A DNA stretch of 63,069 nt, counting the filler, from Lenisia limosa (lineage: Eukaryota > Protista > Breviatea), in NCBI GenBank assembly GCA_001655205.1. It is 18 parts of 18 records of this genome, joined end to end, with 100 filler letters (N's around TTAATTAATTAA, not from the genome) between each part and the next. Parts side by side here need not be neighbours in the genome. Positions count along the whole stretch, not along the records: positions 1 to 6,090 come from LPNZ01001278.1; positions 6,191 to 8,795 come from LPNZ01003823.1; positions 8,896 to 12,093 come from LPNZ01001401.1; 15 more parts are not named here. The stretch is one strand, 5' to 3'. The position numbers and the translations under genes were made by a program. Below the pieces are notes generated by a model. The model was not told where the DNA came from and ran no database searches. It was given only the letters and a program-made list of their open reading frames with translations. Positions 1 to 12,078 of the stretch are shown here, piece by piece (the first letter of the stretch is position 1; each line of letters opens with the position of its first letter).

Positions 1-510
1 AGGAAATTCAGAGTTTAAATGAATGTTTCGGAAGCATGTGTACAATACTGTTAATAGTATCCTAAGAAGGCAAAATAAACACTAGAAGGACAACAAAGAG
101 GTTTAAGTAAATAAAAAGAAGCAAACTTTGAAAATATTAATTAATCACAAGGTTTATGCGGAGCAGCTTATATACTATGTAATTATATCTAGTATATATA
201 CTATTTTTATTTGTGCGTGTCAACTGTTTGGTTGGACTAAATTTAAATGTGGACAAAACTCAGGTAGACACCATAACCTAGTGCAGAAACATTGACATTT
301 CCTACCAAGTTTATTTCAGTTCGACTGAGGTAATTTGGTGGTGTGGGGTGGTTGTCTTGGTTGAGACGGCACGCTTCTCACAGCAACAGGGTTTTGAAAC
401 GCCTCAATATTTGATATATCTTTTACAGTTTCTTGAATCCTGACATGTTTTCGGAAAATTTCGATGGGACTTGGTACATCTGGGTCATCTAATTAATCTA
501 TTCAGATTTA

Positions 511-1885
511 TTAAGAGAATTCTTTAAAATCATCAGGGGAAATAAAAACTTCATCACTCAAAACAGCATGTGTCGTCAGAAGCGACACATTCGTTTTTAT
601 AAGTTCAGATTTTAAAATTTCTTCACCTGTCTCTAATAGCTCTATTGCAGGCGTGTTGAATATAAAGATCCAGAAGAGGCTCTTGGGGTCCAATTTTCCT
701 TTCTCCTGCCTTCAGGGTCTTTTTAACTTTGTGAATAGTTGACAAACCAGGAAAAGCAAAAAAATTCGACCTATCAATTACATCTTTTGCAATAATATCC
801 TCATTGTTTTCCAAAAGTTCATCATTAACTAATTGTGTTTGAAATTTTCAACTAAGTCCAAAAGTCTTCAAATTCGTTATTCTGCACCAAAACATCTTCT
901 TCTTCTTCCAAATCAAATCCTCTTTATCAGTCATTTCAACGTTTTGATCATTTTCATTATCTGGAAAAAACTGCTCAAAAACATCATCTTCTAAATCCTT
1001 TCTTCGTTTTCAGAGTCTTCATTGCTACTTTCTTCACGATCACTAAGTTGTCTTGCCATTTTCAAAAGCCTGTTTTTATTTTGACATTCCCGTTTTTTTA
1101 GCATGAGCATTGCCTTACTACCAAAAAGAGACACAAGAGCCACTGCAAATAATTTCATTTCATAACTATGAACGTAACTTAACCCTAAAGATTTTAAAGC
1201 AGAATTTTTATAAAGTGTGTTCATGCACCAGTTCATGGTCTTTATCCAGTCCCTCAATAAGTGCACCGACTATTGCACCAGCATCTACCAGCTTTTCAGG
1301 TTGATTACATAATCGAGAAACAAGCTCTAAAAATAATAAAGTGCGAGACGTCATTTTTTTTATGGAAATTGCGAAGCAAGTTCATCTAAAAATGGTAACA
1401 ATACTCTTAAATACACAGCAACTGTGGTAAGCGTTGACCACGATCACTTTAGATGCATACGATACCCTATGAGAAATAAAAAGATTGTGCCTGGCCAGCC
1501 TGCACTTTCTTTACCTCTTCCTTGGCAGCTTTTCGAATGGTACCAACTGCACAGAATGAGCTGCGAAGTGGAAAATAAGAAAATATGTCATTAAGCCTTA
1601 ATACAATATAATGTCACCCCCCCGCAAACTTCCCGTCAGCTCCTTGGCATGGAGTTGCATTTCGACTTCCTCCACGAGAACTCCACATGCACGGGTTAGC
1701 ATGTCGTTGGTGACTGGGGCTGCAATTCCGAGGTGTGGGGTAATGGCCTTCTTGGATCCGATGTAACGCAACATTTTCATTGCGAGAGAGGCGTGGACGG
1801 GCAGATCCAAGGGAGGTGGTGACTGAGTCCACTTTATTAGCGATGGCCTCAAGGAGTCTGGACTGGTGCTTGAGGTGAATAGCAT
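511..1885 (-). pseudogene. Decayed coding-like region of unknown family, possibly a transposon ORF relic
   Basis: Overlapping minus-strand frames give protein-like text (HQSRLLEAIANKVDSVTTSLG / LRYIGSKKAITPHLGIAAPVTNDMLTRACGVLVEEVE / LELVSRLCNQPEKLVDAGAIVGALIEGLDKDHELVHE / ENNEDIIAKDVIDRSNFF). They are broken by stops and frame changes, and no family was recognised. Confidence 0.3.
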
Positions 1886-1913
1886 AATTATATCATATTA
1901 GTAGGTGAAACAA

Positions 1914-2080
1914 ATTATTGAAGGACAGGCTTTCGGAAGCTTCGGGAGGTCATAAACTGGACTGAAAATTGTATCATTTTTATGAATTGGCTTGCTAATT
2001 TAATTCATGAGTGAGGATGAATTTTCAGTCCAGTCCATGAACTGAACCTCCTGAAGCTTCCGAAAGCATTCTTTAATAAT
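1914..2080. mobile_element. Foldback/MITE-like element with long inverted arms
   Basis: GCTTTCGGAAGCTTCGGGAGGT...CTGGACTGAAAATT on the left pairs with AATTTTCAGTCCAG...ACCTCCTGAAGCTTCCGAAAGC on the right. The arms are about 55-60 bp and imperfect. Confidence 0.7.
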
Positions 2081-2119
2081 GTGTTATTATTATTTAAATA
2101 GAAAAGTATATATGATATA

Positions 2120-3800
2120 GGTGAGTCTTTGAAACGGTAGCATTTGCTTTTTTTGTTAGAGCTTTCTTCTTTGTCCCAAGGGTTCTACGTTTATCCACAC
2201 CTGAAAGATATTATGTTGACAGTTAAAACATACTTCTTTTTTCTGCAACTTCTTCTTTCTTTTCGAGAAGTAGTTTTTCATACCATTCCAATTCCGAACA
2301 GGGTACAGTGCTTTTCCTTGGTCCAATTGACACTTCGAAGACTAGGTTTGGTTCCTTTCCGATGACAGAGTTATTTTCCCAAGGCAATACATCAGGATTT
2401 TGATTATAGAATTCCGTTTCAGATTTTGTGAACAAGAATGTTTGATTATGTGTGCTTATCTTGTATTTCGGGATCTTTCGCCTGTATTTAAGAATTATCA
2501 ACGTTGTGTACCTTGTTCAAAGAAATAATCCAAAAAACTGCACCCCATTTGTGAGTAGCGCTGATTTCATCCTTATATTTTTAGTTTCACCAAAAAAACC
2601 CACTGATTCGAGTTTATTAAACAATGAACATTGAATATTCGGGTTCAGATGACTTCGATGACATTTACGAATTGTTCCCAAAACAGGTAATGGGTATTCC
2701 CAGGTCTAGAATATATACCTCCCCATGCTTTTGACAGTCAAGGACTTGGAAACATGGCCCACAAGGACTAAGTTAACGCCTTTTTCCAGTTTTTCAAATT
2801 AAAGTTGAAATGTCTCTTGTTAACAGCATTTCCAATGAGTTAGCTAGTTTTCAACTTTCAAATTTTGTACATCAAGGATTCAAATGTGAGGTATCCTCTG
2901 TTTTTGGGAAATCAAATTTAACCAATCTTTTTTCTCTTTTCCCCAATAAAACAAATGGGTATGTTCTAAACTTCGGGTATAGCGTTAACCCAAAGGTTAA
3001 TTTCTTTCTTCTTATTGGATTCCCATTTCTTTCACGTATAATTCCGCGGGAACAATTTCAACCCAAGCCAGATACAGTGTAAATGGTTTTAGCGCGGCCC
3101 TCAGTAATGTGGTTTTTTTAACAAAAATAATTTTGATTGCCGCTAAAGTATTCAGTTCTACTATTGAACTTAATGTCTATGATACTTCCAGGCAACTAAA
3201 TGTTTTTTTTTTAAGAATATGTAATGTTGGTGGAGGTTACAAGTGAAAACTGTTTTCTTTCATTTGCTCGGCAGTTTAAGTCAGTTTGGTGTGGAGTTGA
3301 TTACAAACAGCCTTTTCTGCAAAAGCCCTCAATTTTAACTGTTGGATTTAAATATTTGCCATCCGCAAAAACTCAACTGCTGGGAATCTTGACAAACAAA
3401 TACTATTCTTTTGGATACTCAACCGCATTTGATAGAATTCAATTCTGTTCTGTTTTGAATTTTTCTGAAAGGTTTAATTTTCTTTTCTGATAGTTCATCT
3501 GCTTCTTTAAATTGTTTGTATTCTTTCCGAACGTCACATATTCGACTTGGGTTTTCTTCAAATGGAAAAGTTTCAGCAATTTTGGAATCAATGATAAGTC
3601 CAAACTTTCTTTTTACTCTTTGTTCAACTTTGGATCACTACAGACAGGATTCTTCTTTTGGAATTGGTATCACGCTAACTACTTCAAATTGAATAATTTT
3701 ATTATTGAGGTTAGCTTATCAATCAGACAACAAATACAAGGGATGGATAGGGCTTGGTCTAAAAATGAAGGGGGGTTGGTTGGAAAACGATGTATTTTAC
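2120..3800 (-). mobile_element. Degenerate pogo-like transposon relic sharing its 3' module with the element at 53286-56013
   Basis: 2125-2420 is roughly 90% identical by eye to the reverse complement of about 55425-55710 (ETEFYxQNPDVLPWENNSVIGK...EKKEEVAEK). It starts with the same terminus TA|GGTGAGT. The upstream part is only weakly DDE_1-like (RKKLTFGLTLYPKFRTYPFVLLGK), so the far boundary is uncertain. Confidence 0.6.
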
Positions 3801-4356
3801 TTGAGTAAAAAAAGACATCAGTATCTCCAACTCAACAATAACCCCTCTACTGCCTTCTCTTTTCATTAGTCGCTATTCTTTATTCGCGGAAAATTCTTTT
3901 GCAGTAGGAGCCCGAACATTTCAGTGCTAAGCTGTATTTAGTTATTTTTGGGTGTTTTGGAGCTACAAGCCTGACGCTATTTAAAACGTTACATACTATA
4001 TTTAAAGCCGGAGTCCACTTAAATTGCGAAAACAATGTTTTTTTGGAAGTTCGCCCGCTTTTCTGTGTGAAGATGCACTTTCTGAGTCAAACTCTGATCC
4101 TACCGGGTCACGACAAGGAGCCCCTGAGTGGGTTCAGGGGGAGTCAACTCCAAAGCTGAGCCGTCCATCCCGTCGCTTGCGTCTTGGGAGGCTCTGGTTG
4201 GCTCAGGGAAGATGGCATTTTTTACACAGAAATAAAAAATTTAAAACCTTGGGAAACAAATAAATACATTGGGATACCATTAACAAATTACCATACCTCG
4301 GCCCTCACCTAGCAGAGTCACACTAGGTGCTGGGAGACCCAGCCGCAGCTGAGTTA

Positions 4357-4440
4357 CAGCTGGGTGAGTACTGGCTAACCAGCCTCAGTCTGTCACACCT
4401 CTGTGTGATTTCAAGGAAAGAGGAAGAATGCAATGGTAGT
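4357..4440 (+). repeat. About 85-bp dispersed repeat with internal hairpin, copy 1
   Basis: CAGCTGGGTGAGTACTGGCTAACCAGCCTCAGTCTGTCACACCTCTGTGTGATTTCAAG closely matches 58402-58482. It contains the hairpin TCACAC-CTCT-GTGTGA. Confidence 0.75.
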
Positions 4441-5885
4441 AATATGTTTCCAAAGTGACTGCAGGCAGTCCCATAGTATAAGGTTCCACTTAAACAAAAG
4501 GCTTGCCCAAAAATAATTAGGCTTACCTCGGGGTTGTAAAGAGAGGGGAAGATTATTCCGAGAGTGGATTGGGTTATTGGATTAGTGTGAGGCAAGGGAG
4601 TTCCTTATACTCCATATTTCGTATGAGACATTTTGACAGCTTTTTGGGGGCGGAAATTGCCTCAATAGGGATACAAAATTCAACAGTTCGTCACTAAATG
4701 TGGGCACTAGGCCGGCTGTTAATATTTTTTCGTTTTCTAGGTATTAACTTTTCCTAAAATACTGGTCAAAGCTAGGAGGCGTATATATTCTAACGAATGG
4801 GGAGTTAAGTTGTTGGTTTTGTGGTACCACAGGACAGTGGGTTCGAGTCTTGCTGAGTATTGTTTTTTGACTTGTTTTATCTTTTATTTTTCTTTTTGTT
4901 TCAAAAAAAACCAACCACTGAAGCGTAGCAGTCGATGAAGAATTATTACATATAACAAACACCATCAAATATGAGGGTTATTAAATGAATTGGGCCGCAA
5001 GGCCAACAATGCGGCCTTATTTAAACCAAGATTAGAATGAAAAAGTATGACGTGTTTTAGTGCGTGCTCTGGCCAAAACCCCGCCCTCCCAGCCAACTAA
5101 ATTTTGTTATTTATGTTTTGGCTTTTGCAGTTTTTGTTGAATATAACTTGTATACGCAGTTTTTAAAGTAGTTTTTTGATGCGTATATGATACGCAAATG
5201 CCGACAGGTTGCGAAGCCTGTGAAAGAAAGTTGGGATCACCACCAAGAAAGCATAATACCATCCAAATGGTTCAATAACCACCATATTAAGCAACCTGCC
5301 TCTGATTGTCACCCTTCTCAATCCAACAACAACACAAATACAACAGATCACCCTTTGAGGCTCGTGTTATCGTACAGGAAGAAGAATTATGGAGCCCAGT
5401 GAGGTAAGAAGACAGTGTTTGTTCTTAAAATCATATAGACCTTATTGCTCATGTTTGAAAGCGTTTTTGGTGATGGAATATGTGAGCTACGCGCTTTATT
5501 TTCAACAAACAAAAACAAGTAATGGCTTAGCTTTAATCTATATTAAGCAAATGCAGCATATTGCCACCTTGGAAGCCTTGTTGTTTTGTTTACCAAGACC
5601 TAACATTTGCAATATCGAGCCTGGCGACTTCGGCTCTCCTTCCGTGAGACCACGTAAGTAGGGTATTTCTTCAACAAGATGAAACAATCAATAAATAAAA
5701 GAAGGCTCTTAATATAATTTTGTACAATGCAACACAACCGGACAAGGAGTTTATGCAAGTTGACTGGACTGGGCTTTGTTTGTTTTCAAACCGTGTACGT
5801 GTATGTTGCAAATGTTTAGTATTGTATTAGAATATCCGTTTGTTGTTGTTGCCCCCCCTCTATTTTTTAGATATATCAAGTCAAA

Positions 5886-5936
5886 GCTCCGGACAACATT
5901 CAAAATTCCCGGACACATCAAAATTCCTGGACAGCT
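5886..5936. repeat. Short tandem repeat of a CCGGACA..CAAAATT unit, about 2.5 copies
   Basis: ccggacaacattcaaaattc ccggacacatcaaaattc ctggacagc. Confidence 0.6.
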
Positions 5937-6090
5937 TGAGTTTTTTTTGACCTTGTTCATTTTCTAATTTTCCAGAAACAGGACACTCAACATGATCAAA
6001 AAAGTTTCTGGATATAAAATTATAATTATGATCTTGGATCTGAGACACCTGGGATGCACTTACCATATTAGGTAAGTTTGAATGCCTTTT

Positions 6091-6190
6091 NNNNNNNNNN
6101 NNNNNNNNNNNNNNNNNNNNNNNNNNNNNNNNNNTTAATTAATTAANNNNNNNNNNNNNNNNNNNNNNNNNNNNNNNNNNNNNNNNNNNN
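6091..6190. other. Artificial contig-joining linker, first of 17
   Basis: N44-TTAATTAATTAA-N44 (stops in all six frames). It recurs at 8796, 12094, 13853, 15503, 17767, 20760, 24538, 27163, 32119, 40547, 42141, 46869, 52326, 56015, 60229 and 61466. Genes and repeats are cut abruptly at these points. Confidence 0.97.
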
Positions 6191-8795
6191 AGATACTCCA
6201 GTGCGGCACTTCCCTCATCAGACAAACTCCTATTCCTCCGCACCCCGGCCCGACATGCCCTCCCGCCACCATTATGGCCGCCCCTGGCACCCGGGGTGTC
6301 CGCACCGCCCCTTTCCAACCACCACTCGCCCGCTTCTGACGCGCCGTCGGACAAACATCCCGGTACGGCTGCTCTCTCCATGCCCAATCCCGACCAAATT
6401 GCCAATGACGTGGCTCCGAGCGCTACCGACTCCCCTTCCCCCCTCTTCCACACCCCACTTTCCTCTGTCGCATCCCCGGGATCACCGGGTACTGCAGTAA
6501 TCTCAACGGTCCCGGATCCGGTGACATCGTCTTCCACAGATACCCACACAATTCTGTCAGATTCATCACCCTCGTCCCCTCCTCTCGTTCCTTCCGCCTC
6601 TGTGCCAACAGAGACTCGAAAAACCGCTTTCACGCCACTTTGCGCAACGGTCTCCGTCGAGCCCCTCACTGGGCCTCTTGAACTGACCACATCATCTCAA
6701 CCCCCGTCGCCAGATCAACAAACTTCTAATGTGCCTTGTCTGGATACTAAAATTTCTGAAATTGGCGCAGTTGAGCCTTTCGAAGCTTCCGATAAACCTT
6801 CCGACAACCCTCCATCATCTCACACCTCTGTTTCCCACCCCTTCCCGGCCGGATCTTCCATTATCCCTCACAACCTTGTCCAAACGCCACCCTCTGATCA
6901 CGTGATCTCCAATCCGCTCCCAGCCGCAGAGGAACCCCGAAAAGACCTGGGTACCGAAGATGAGGGTGCCCCGAAGGCCCTCTGTGTTTGCCATGAAATA
7001 ATGCCGGAACCCATGTGAGGGGGGAGGGTAGATATTTTCATGTTTAAATTAACCTTCCTCATAGGGATGGAAATTTCTGAAAATTACTCCATTGATTTGT
7101 CCAGAAATTTGACCTTTTTTGCTTGTTTTTTGTTTTTTGTTTGTTTGGAGTTTCAGATTATTCGGTTCGTGATTAGTACCTTGACGCCGATAATCTTCAT
7201 CGAAATTTCCTTCGTTTTACTCCCCCCCCCCTCCCCCCCGCCAACAGAGTTGCTATGGTTTTTTCATAAATTTGCCAATTTTAATCCCTCCTAGCAAATA
7301 CACGGCCCAGGTTGACATCAGCGAGACTGTTCAGGCGCTTCACTCGGGCATGACCTATGTCAGGTCAATTTCTATTTCGTGGGGGGCCTATGACCTATGT
7401 CAGGTTTAGATTACCACCAAGCACTTAAGCTGACTCATCAATATTTCATCCAATCTTGTGTTCATCTTTTATCCAATCTTGTGTTGTTTTCATCTTTTTT
7501 CCTCTCCCCCTCTGTTTCTCCTTCACCCCTTTNNNNNNNNNNNNNNNNNNNNNNNNNNNNNNNNNNNNNNNNNNNNNNNNNNNNNNNNNNNNNNNNNNNN
7601 NNNNNNNNNNNNNNNNNNNNNNNNNNNNNNNNNNNNNNNNNNNNNNNNNNNNNNNNNNNNNNNNNNNNNNNNNNNNNNNNNNNNNNNNNNNNNNNNNNNN
7701 NNNNNNNNNNNNNNNNNNNNNNNNNNNNNNNNNNNNNNNNNNNNNNNNNNNNNNNNNCGGTCCGAGTTATAACCTCTCTATCTAATAACGCAGACCCCTT
7801 GACCTTCTCGTGTCTCTGCGGTCTAACGCTTCGCTGTACATTTCAATGAAAGACGCGTCTGTTCGCTTCACCGGGCTCACGGCAGGACCGGCAATGGGTG
7901 AGGGGGGGGGACGTATGTGTATGGGTTCTCATAGCACTATAAACCTGATTGAATGACCTAGTGATTATTTGGGTCGAAGAGCTGTTTTCGATTATTCCAT
8001 AGTCTCCAGTTTAGACTCCTTTTTCACTCCCCTTTTCCCACATCCCATTTCACCCCGCAGCCCCCCAAGACCAGCTCATCGAGAGCATCCAGATCAAGTA
8101 CATAGAGGAGAGTGTTGCGGTTCTTCCCTCAGTTGTGGCTGCCCTAGAAATGACTGGTTGGGGGGGATTATCAGGCATTGACAAGACGCTAATCTCTATA
8201 ACCTGGAGTCAGGCTTCTGTTAAGATTGGAAAATTGAGGGGGGTTCAGAAATTGCACTTATCAAAAAGGCCAAAAGAACGTCTTTGTCTTCAACGTCGTT
8301 ACCATCCCACAGGCAACATAGGCGGCGTGGTGGACGCGTGTAAATCCGGATTAATTGACCTGGTAAATATGCCGGCTGACGGAACCGACAAAGGTATCTG
8401 GGATAATATGTCAATTCTAGTGATACATAAAGCATAAGCACAGAGTAACACCCACACTGAGTGTTTCTTAATTCGATTATTTCTCCCTTTAAACTATACG
8501 GGATGTAAGGGAAGTGGCATGAGCTTTGTGTTTCAAGAACCAGATTCTGTTATCTCTGGGTTTTCTCTCTAAGTTTTCGTTCTTCACCCCACACCACAAG
8601 TCTCTTCTACCTCTCCCTCTGTTTTGTTTTTAAACCGTTGTGTGTTTCTCAAATGCTTGCCAACAGAGTTGATTTTGTTTCATAAATTTCCCATTTTCAC
8701 CCCCAAGGTTTGGGAGGCGCGGTCATCGGAATCGGAAGTGGTGTATCAAGTCTCACGCGCCGCGTGTCGGCAGCATTGCTCAATTCTGTCGCTGG
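6191..8795 (+). CDS. VPS13: VPS13-family bridge-like lipid transfer protein, C-terminal part; partial at both ends, spliced
   Basis: The exons at 6191-7014 (Ser/Pro/Thr-rich), 7295-7363 and about 7794-7898 join in phase; those at about 8080-8155, 8313-8389 and 8708-8795 continue the protein. Translation includes ...ISMKDASVRFTGLTAGPAMDQLIESIQIKYIEESVAVLPSVVAALEMTGNIGGVVDACKSGLIDLVNMPADGTDKGLGGAVIGIGSGVSSLTRRVSAALLNSVAG. This follows the VPS13 C-terminal pattern (APIKL..L...HY...LGSLD.LGNP.GL..L..GV.DFF.EP..G). Confidence 0.8.
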
Positions 8796-9201
8796 NNNNN
8801 NNNNNNNNNNNNNNNNNNNNNNNNNNNNNNNNNNNNNNNTTAATTAATTAANNNNNNNNNNNNNNNNNNNNNNNNNNNNNNNNNNNNNNNNNNNNCATTG
8901 AAGGTGCCGTGTGCGAGTCGATTACTGTCAATGGGTGGGGGGGGTAGAAGCTCATAAGTATGCACAAAGTCAGCTCAAGTTGTAGCAAACTCAATGGATA
9001 ACTAAAAGAAGCATCACAGGGTTTTAAAATTATGATTGTCATTGGTTTTATTTTTCTGATCACCAGCCCATTATTCACCCCTGTATTATTTCATCTGCTT
9101 TTTACATTTGGGCAAGTGGATAACCTTTGATATTCACCAACGCTTGATTAAGAATTCCGTCACTTTAGAACCCGAAATGAGGCTCTTCTTTCACACCACA
9201 G

Positions 9202-11130
9202 AGTACCTGTTGAAGTTGCCCCATATAGTCAGCCCGGCTACTTCAAGGCACTCAATTCAGAAAATAGTTTGGGGGGGTACGCGTCCATCTTGATGCTCTG
9301 CGGATAATTTGGTTTTGAAAACAATAAACAATATTTATTTTTATATGAAGTTTTGGAGATAAATTTTTTTTACTATTAGTTTTTTCATTAGCCTTCATTT
9401 ACCTTATCCCCAATAGCCTTCCTCCAATGTCTCTACCCCGAGTCATGCCTCGGCAATTCCACCTGTGCTGCAGGCTATATTGGGTACCTGTGTTCAGAGT
9501 GTGACGAGGTATGCAACTGTTTTCCAGCAATCTGCTACTCTGATCTTCAAATGAGATATCTGACTTATCTTTATTGGGAAAAGTAATGTGAATGTGATAC
9601 TTTATTTTCTGCTTTTCTTGATAATGGAGTGTTCCTCACGACGATATACACAATTCCATCTCAATTGAGTTTCACCATGGATCCTATGTTTCAGACAAGC
9701 GATATCCTACCCTTGAATTATTCAATGTTCCAGAACTACTATCGTATCGACACGCAATGCCAGGAGTGTGATACGTCTGCGCACTTTCTTCTTCCCCTCT
9801 TTGCAATTGGACTCATTATATTCCTGGCGTTCCTGTTCTTCAATGGGTATGATGGGATCATCGCCTTCTCCAATGTCCAGGGTGGTGGTGTCTTAGTCAT
9901 GCCTTACATACATAAATCCCATATTGAAGACATAATATACCAATTCTCATATCATAATAAGCCCACATTGTTACGTACGTATGATATGCGTATCTTATCT
10001 ACAAAACCAGTCTGGTCTTTGTTTTTGCTTTTCTTTTTTTGACGACGTTGATCTTCCAACCTTTTCAGATTCCACCCCAGTCAGCATGAGAGTTTAGGCA
10101 GCATTCGAATCTTCTTCAATTTCCTCCAGATAACAGCCCTCTACCCCACTTACAATGTTTGCCCATACCAGGAGAATAATATTGCTGCTAGAGTAGCTTT
10201 AATTTCTTATCATCCGTACTCATGGATCCACTTTGGTCCGAAAAAAGATGGGATTAATCCATATACCAACTCGTTCATTCTGTTCCCAAAAGAGTAATGA
10301 AATCGAAATCTGTTTCATACCAACATGATGACCATTGACCTTTCAGATTAACTGGCCAAAATCCCTTGAGAAAACCTACAATTGGATCAGTATCGTCAAT
10401 GCAAATGGTTGGCAATATGTGTGTCCGTAAGAAAATTCCCCCGTTGGTGCGTATTGAGTGCCCTTTATTAAATGAGCAAATAAATCGTATCATCTGTGTT
10501 CGGCACCAAAAATAAGGCTTGAATAATTGGGGTGATGACAGTTATTGAGTTTCACCATGTAAACGATATTGTTTATAACCCTTCAGTTGAGCTTGCGGCA
10601 CCCGAATGTGCCATTGGACAGCAGTTTACTTACTATGAAAAGGTGCGGCGTTCATAACAATACTATGAACACTACCTGATATACACATTTCGATCTTTAA
10701 GTGAATCTTAACGCTAATGGGATTCTCGTACTTTCGCTTTAACGCCCCTCCACTCCCCAGTACTTCATCAAGATTGCTGCCCCATTCGCGGCCATTTCTC
10801 TTATCATATTGGTATACTTTGCAACGAGGATATACTCCAGAATACTGATTGCCACAGGCAAGGTCGCTGTAGAGTTGGGGGTTTGTGTTGCTAAATTTAT
10901 TATTATGGTTAACAGTGGATAATGCATATCTCTACCTGTTCTTATAATTACCCGATCTTACGCCCAATGAAATAGAACACACGGTAGCTATGTAGTAGTG
11001 GTTGGTTATGGGGAACTGCTTTGATTGACTATTCTAGCGCTCCAAGCACCCCCATCACTTCTTTTGTTGCTCGCATGAAATGGAGAGTATCCACACCGTT
11101 CACCCCACGCGATGTGAAGTACCTTGGTTA
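9202..11130 (+). CDS. Cys-rich multipass membrane protein of a protist-expanded type; partial, spliced
   Basis: Exons give PYSQPGYFKALNSENTFLQCLYPESCLGNSTCAAGYIGYLCSECDE, NYYRIDTQCQECDTSAHFLLPLFAIGLIIFLAFLFFNG, SLGSIRIFFNFLQITALYPTYN, INWPKSLEKTYNWISIVNAN, ELAAPECAIGQQFTYYEK and YFIKIAAPFAAISLIILVYF. This is the C..GY.G.LC..C + TM + NFLQ..WP + APEC pattern. The 3' extent is unclear. Confidence 0.75.
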
Positions 11131-12014
11131 TGCTCTTGTAAGAGCAATGATGGTGGGTGTATTCTGATTGTTTTTTTTCTATTTTCAAGTTGAGTGGTTT
11201 TTTAAAAAAAACATTTTTTTTTTTTTGCTTTGTGTTCTCTTTTTTGCGCTCTGACGCTGACATTGCTTTCCCCGAATCCTAACGAAACTTCTCAGAATTA
11301 TTAAACACTAGCTGATTGGGAAAAGGTCAGTGTTTGAAGGATTTCAGAATAGTGGCTTGATATGGAAGGCTTACCACAAAATATCAATTACCCGCCGACT
11401 TTTGAAATCTTTGACGACTCTTTCGGAGAAGAGAACCTGGCAGACTTGGAGGAGAGCGCTGACACCCTAAATATATACTATATACTATATGATATTATAT
11501 AATTAAATAACACAATAGATAAAAAAATAAGCCACATACACCATCGTTTAAAATGCTGCAAAATACTACATGTACATACTACTTTGTAGTTTGAACACAA
11601 ATCTCACTTGAACAAATTGGAGAGAAAACCATATCAGATTGATTGATCCAAATTATCGATATGCGGAACTCGTACCTCGGCTTCCTACAAACACAGTTAT
11701 CAATTACAGTTTTATCGGCAAAAGTGGGTATAAGAAACGATGATAACCGAGGTTTTAATGTGGGCGCTAATTAAAACGTTTCTTTTTCCTTTTAATGACC
11801 ACCATTTGTTTTCGCCATGTTCTTCACTTCCCGCTTCACACCGTTAGAACGTACTTGTGCTCTTCTACTTGCCTCTGGCTCAAGTTACGCTGGATTATTT
11901 CGACTGCTCTCAGGTGGGATGAATGAATCGTGCCTACGTTTTATTTTTGCACCGCAATTTGGGTTGCTTTAGAGTAATAATATATACTACAGAAGATATC
12001 ATATCATATCATAT

Positions 12015-12078
12015 AAGGCGACCCCCCTGAGTGGAATTCCAACCTGAGTGCGAATTTCAACCTGAGTGCGAATTTTGA
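12015..12078 (+). repeat. CCTGAGTGCGAA-containing tandem unit behind a TA-flanked terminus (family E); related inverted copy at 52983-53027
   Basis: The sequence is taaggcgacccccctgagtggaattccaa cctgagtgcgaatttcaa cctgagtgcgaattt. The reverse complement of 52983-53027 is tgtaagtcgtaccccctgagtgcgaacacccacctgagtgcgaac. Confidence 0.6.

Noticed and set aside
4420-4800. Third pogo-like relic (NSRPSAH / SDELLNF / LPHTNPITQSTLGIIFPSL) on the minus strand
   Set aside because: The motif resemblance is weak and spread over different frames. It needs a profile search, so it is not called.
4799-4862. tRNA/SINE-like GGGGAGTTA...GGTTCGAGTC
   Set aside because: There is a B-box-like motif only. No acceptor-stem complement or cloverleaf could be built.
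5389-5661. HIATLEALLF resembling the DIRS RNase H motif HIN.LEL.A
   Set aside because: This is a single short match with no RT or tyrosine-recombinase motifs nearby.
7758-7800. In-frame TAA TAA suggesting TAA=Gln recoding
   Set aside because: It lies in the intron end (CTAATAACGCAG|). The in-phase splice restores the frame, and TAA, TAG and TGA all terminate conserved genes (HECT, Cactin, Rad21).
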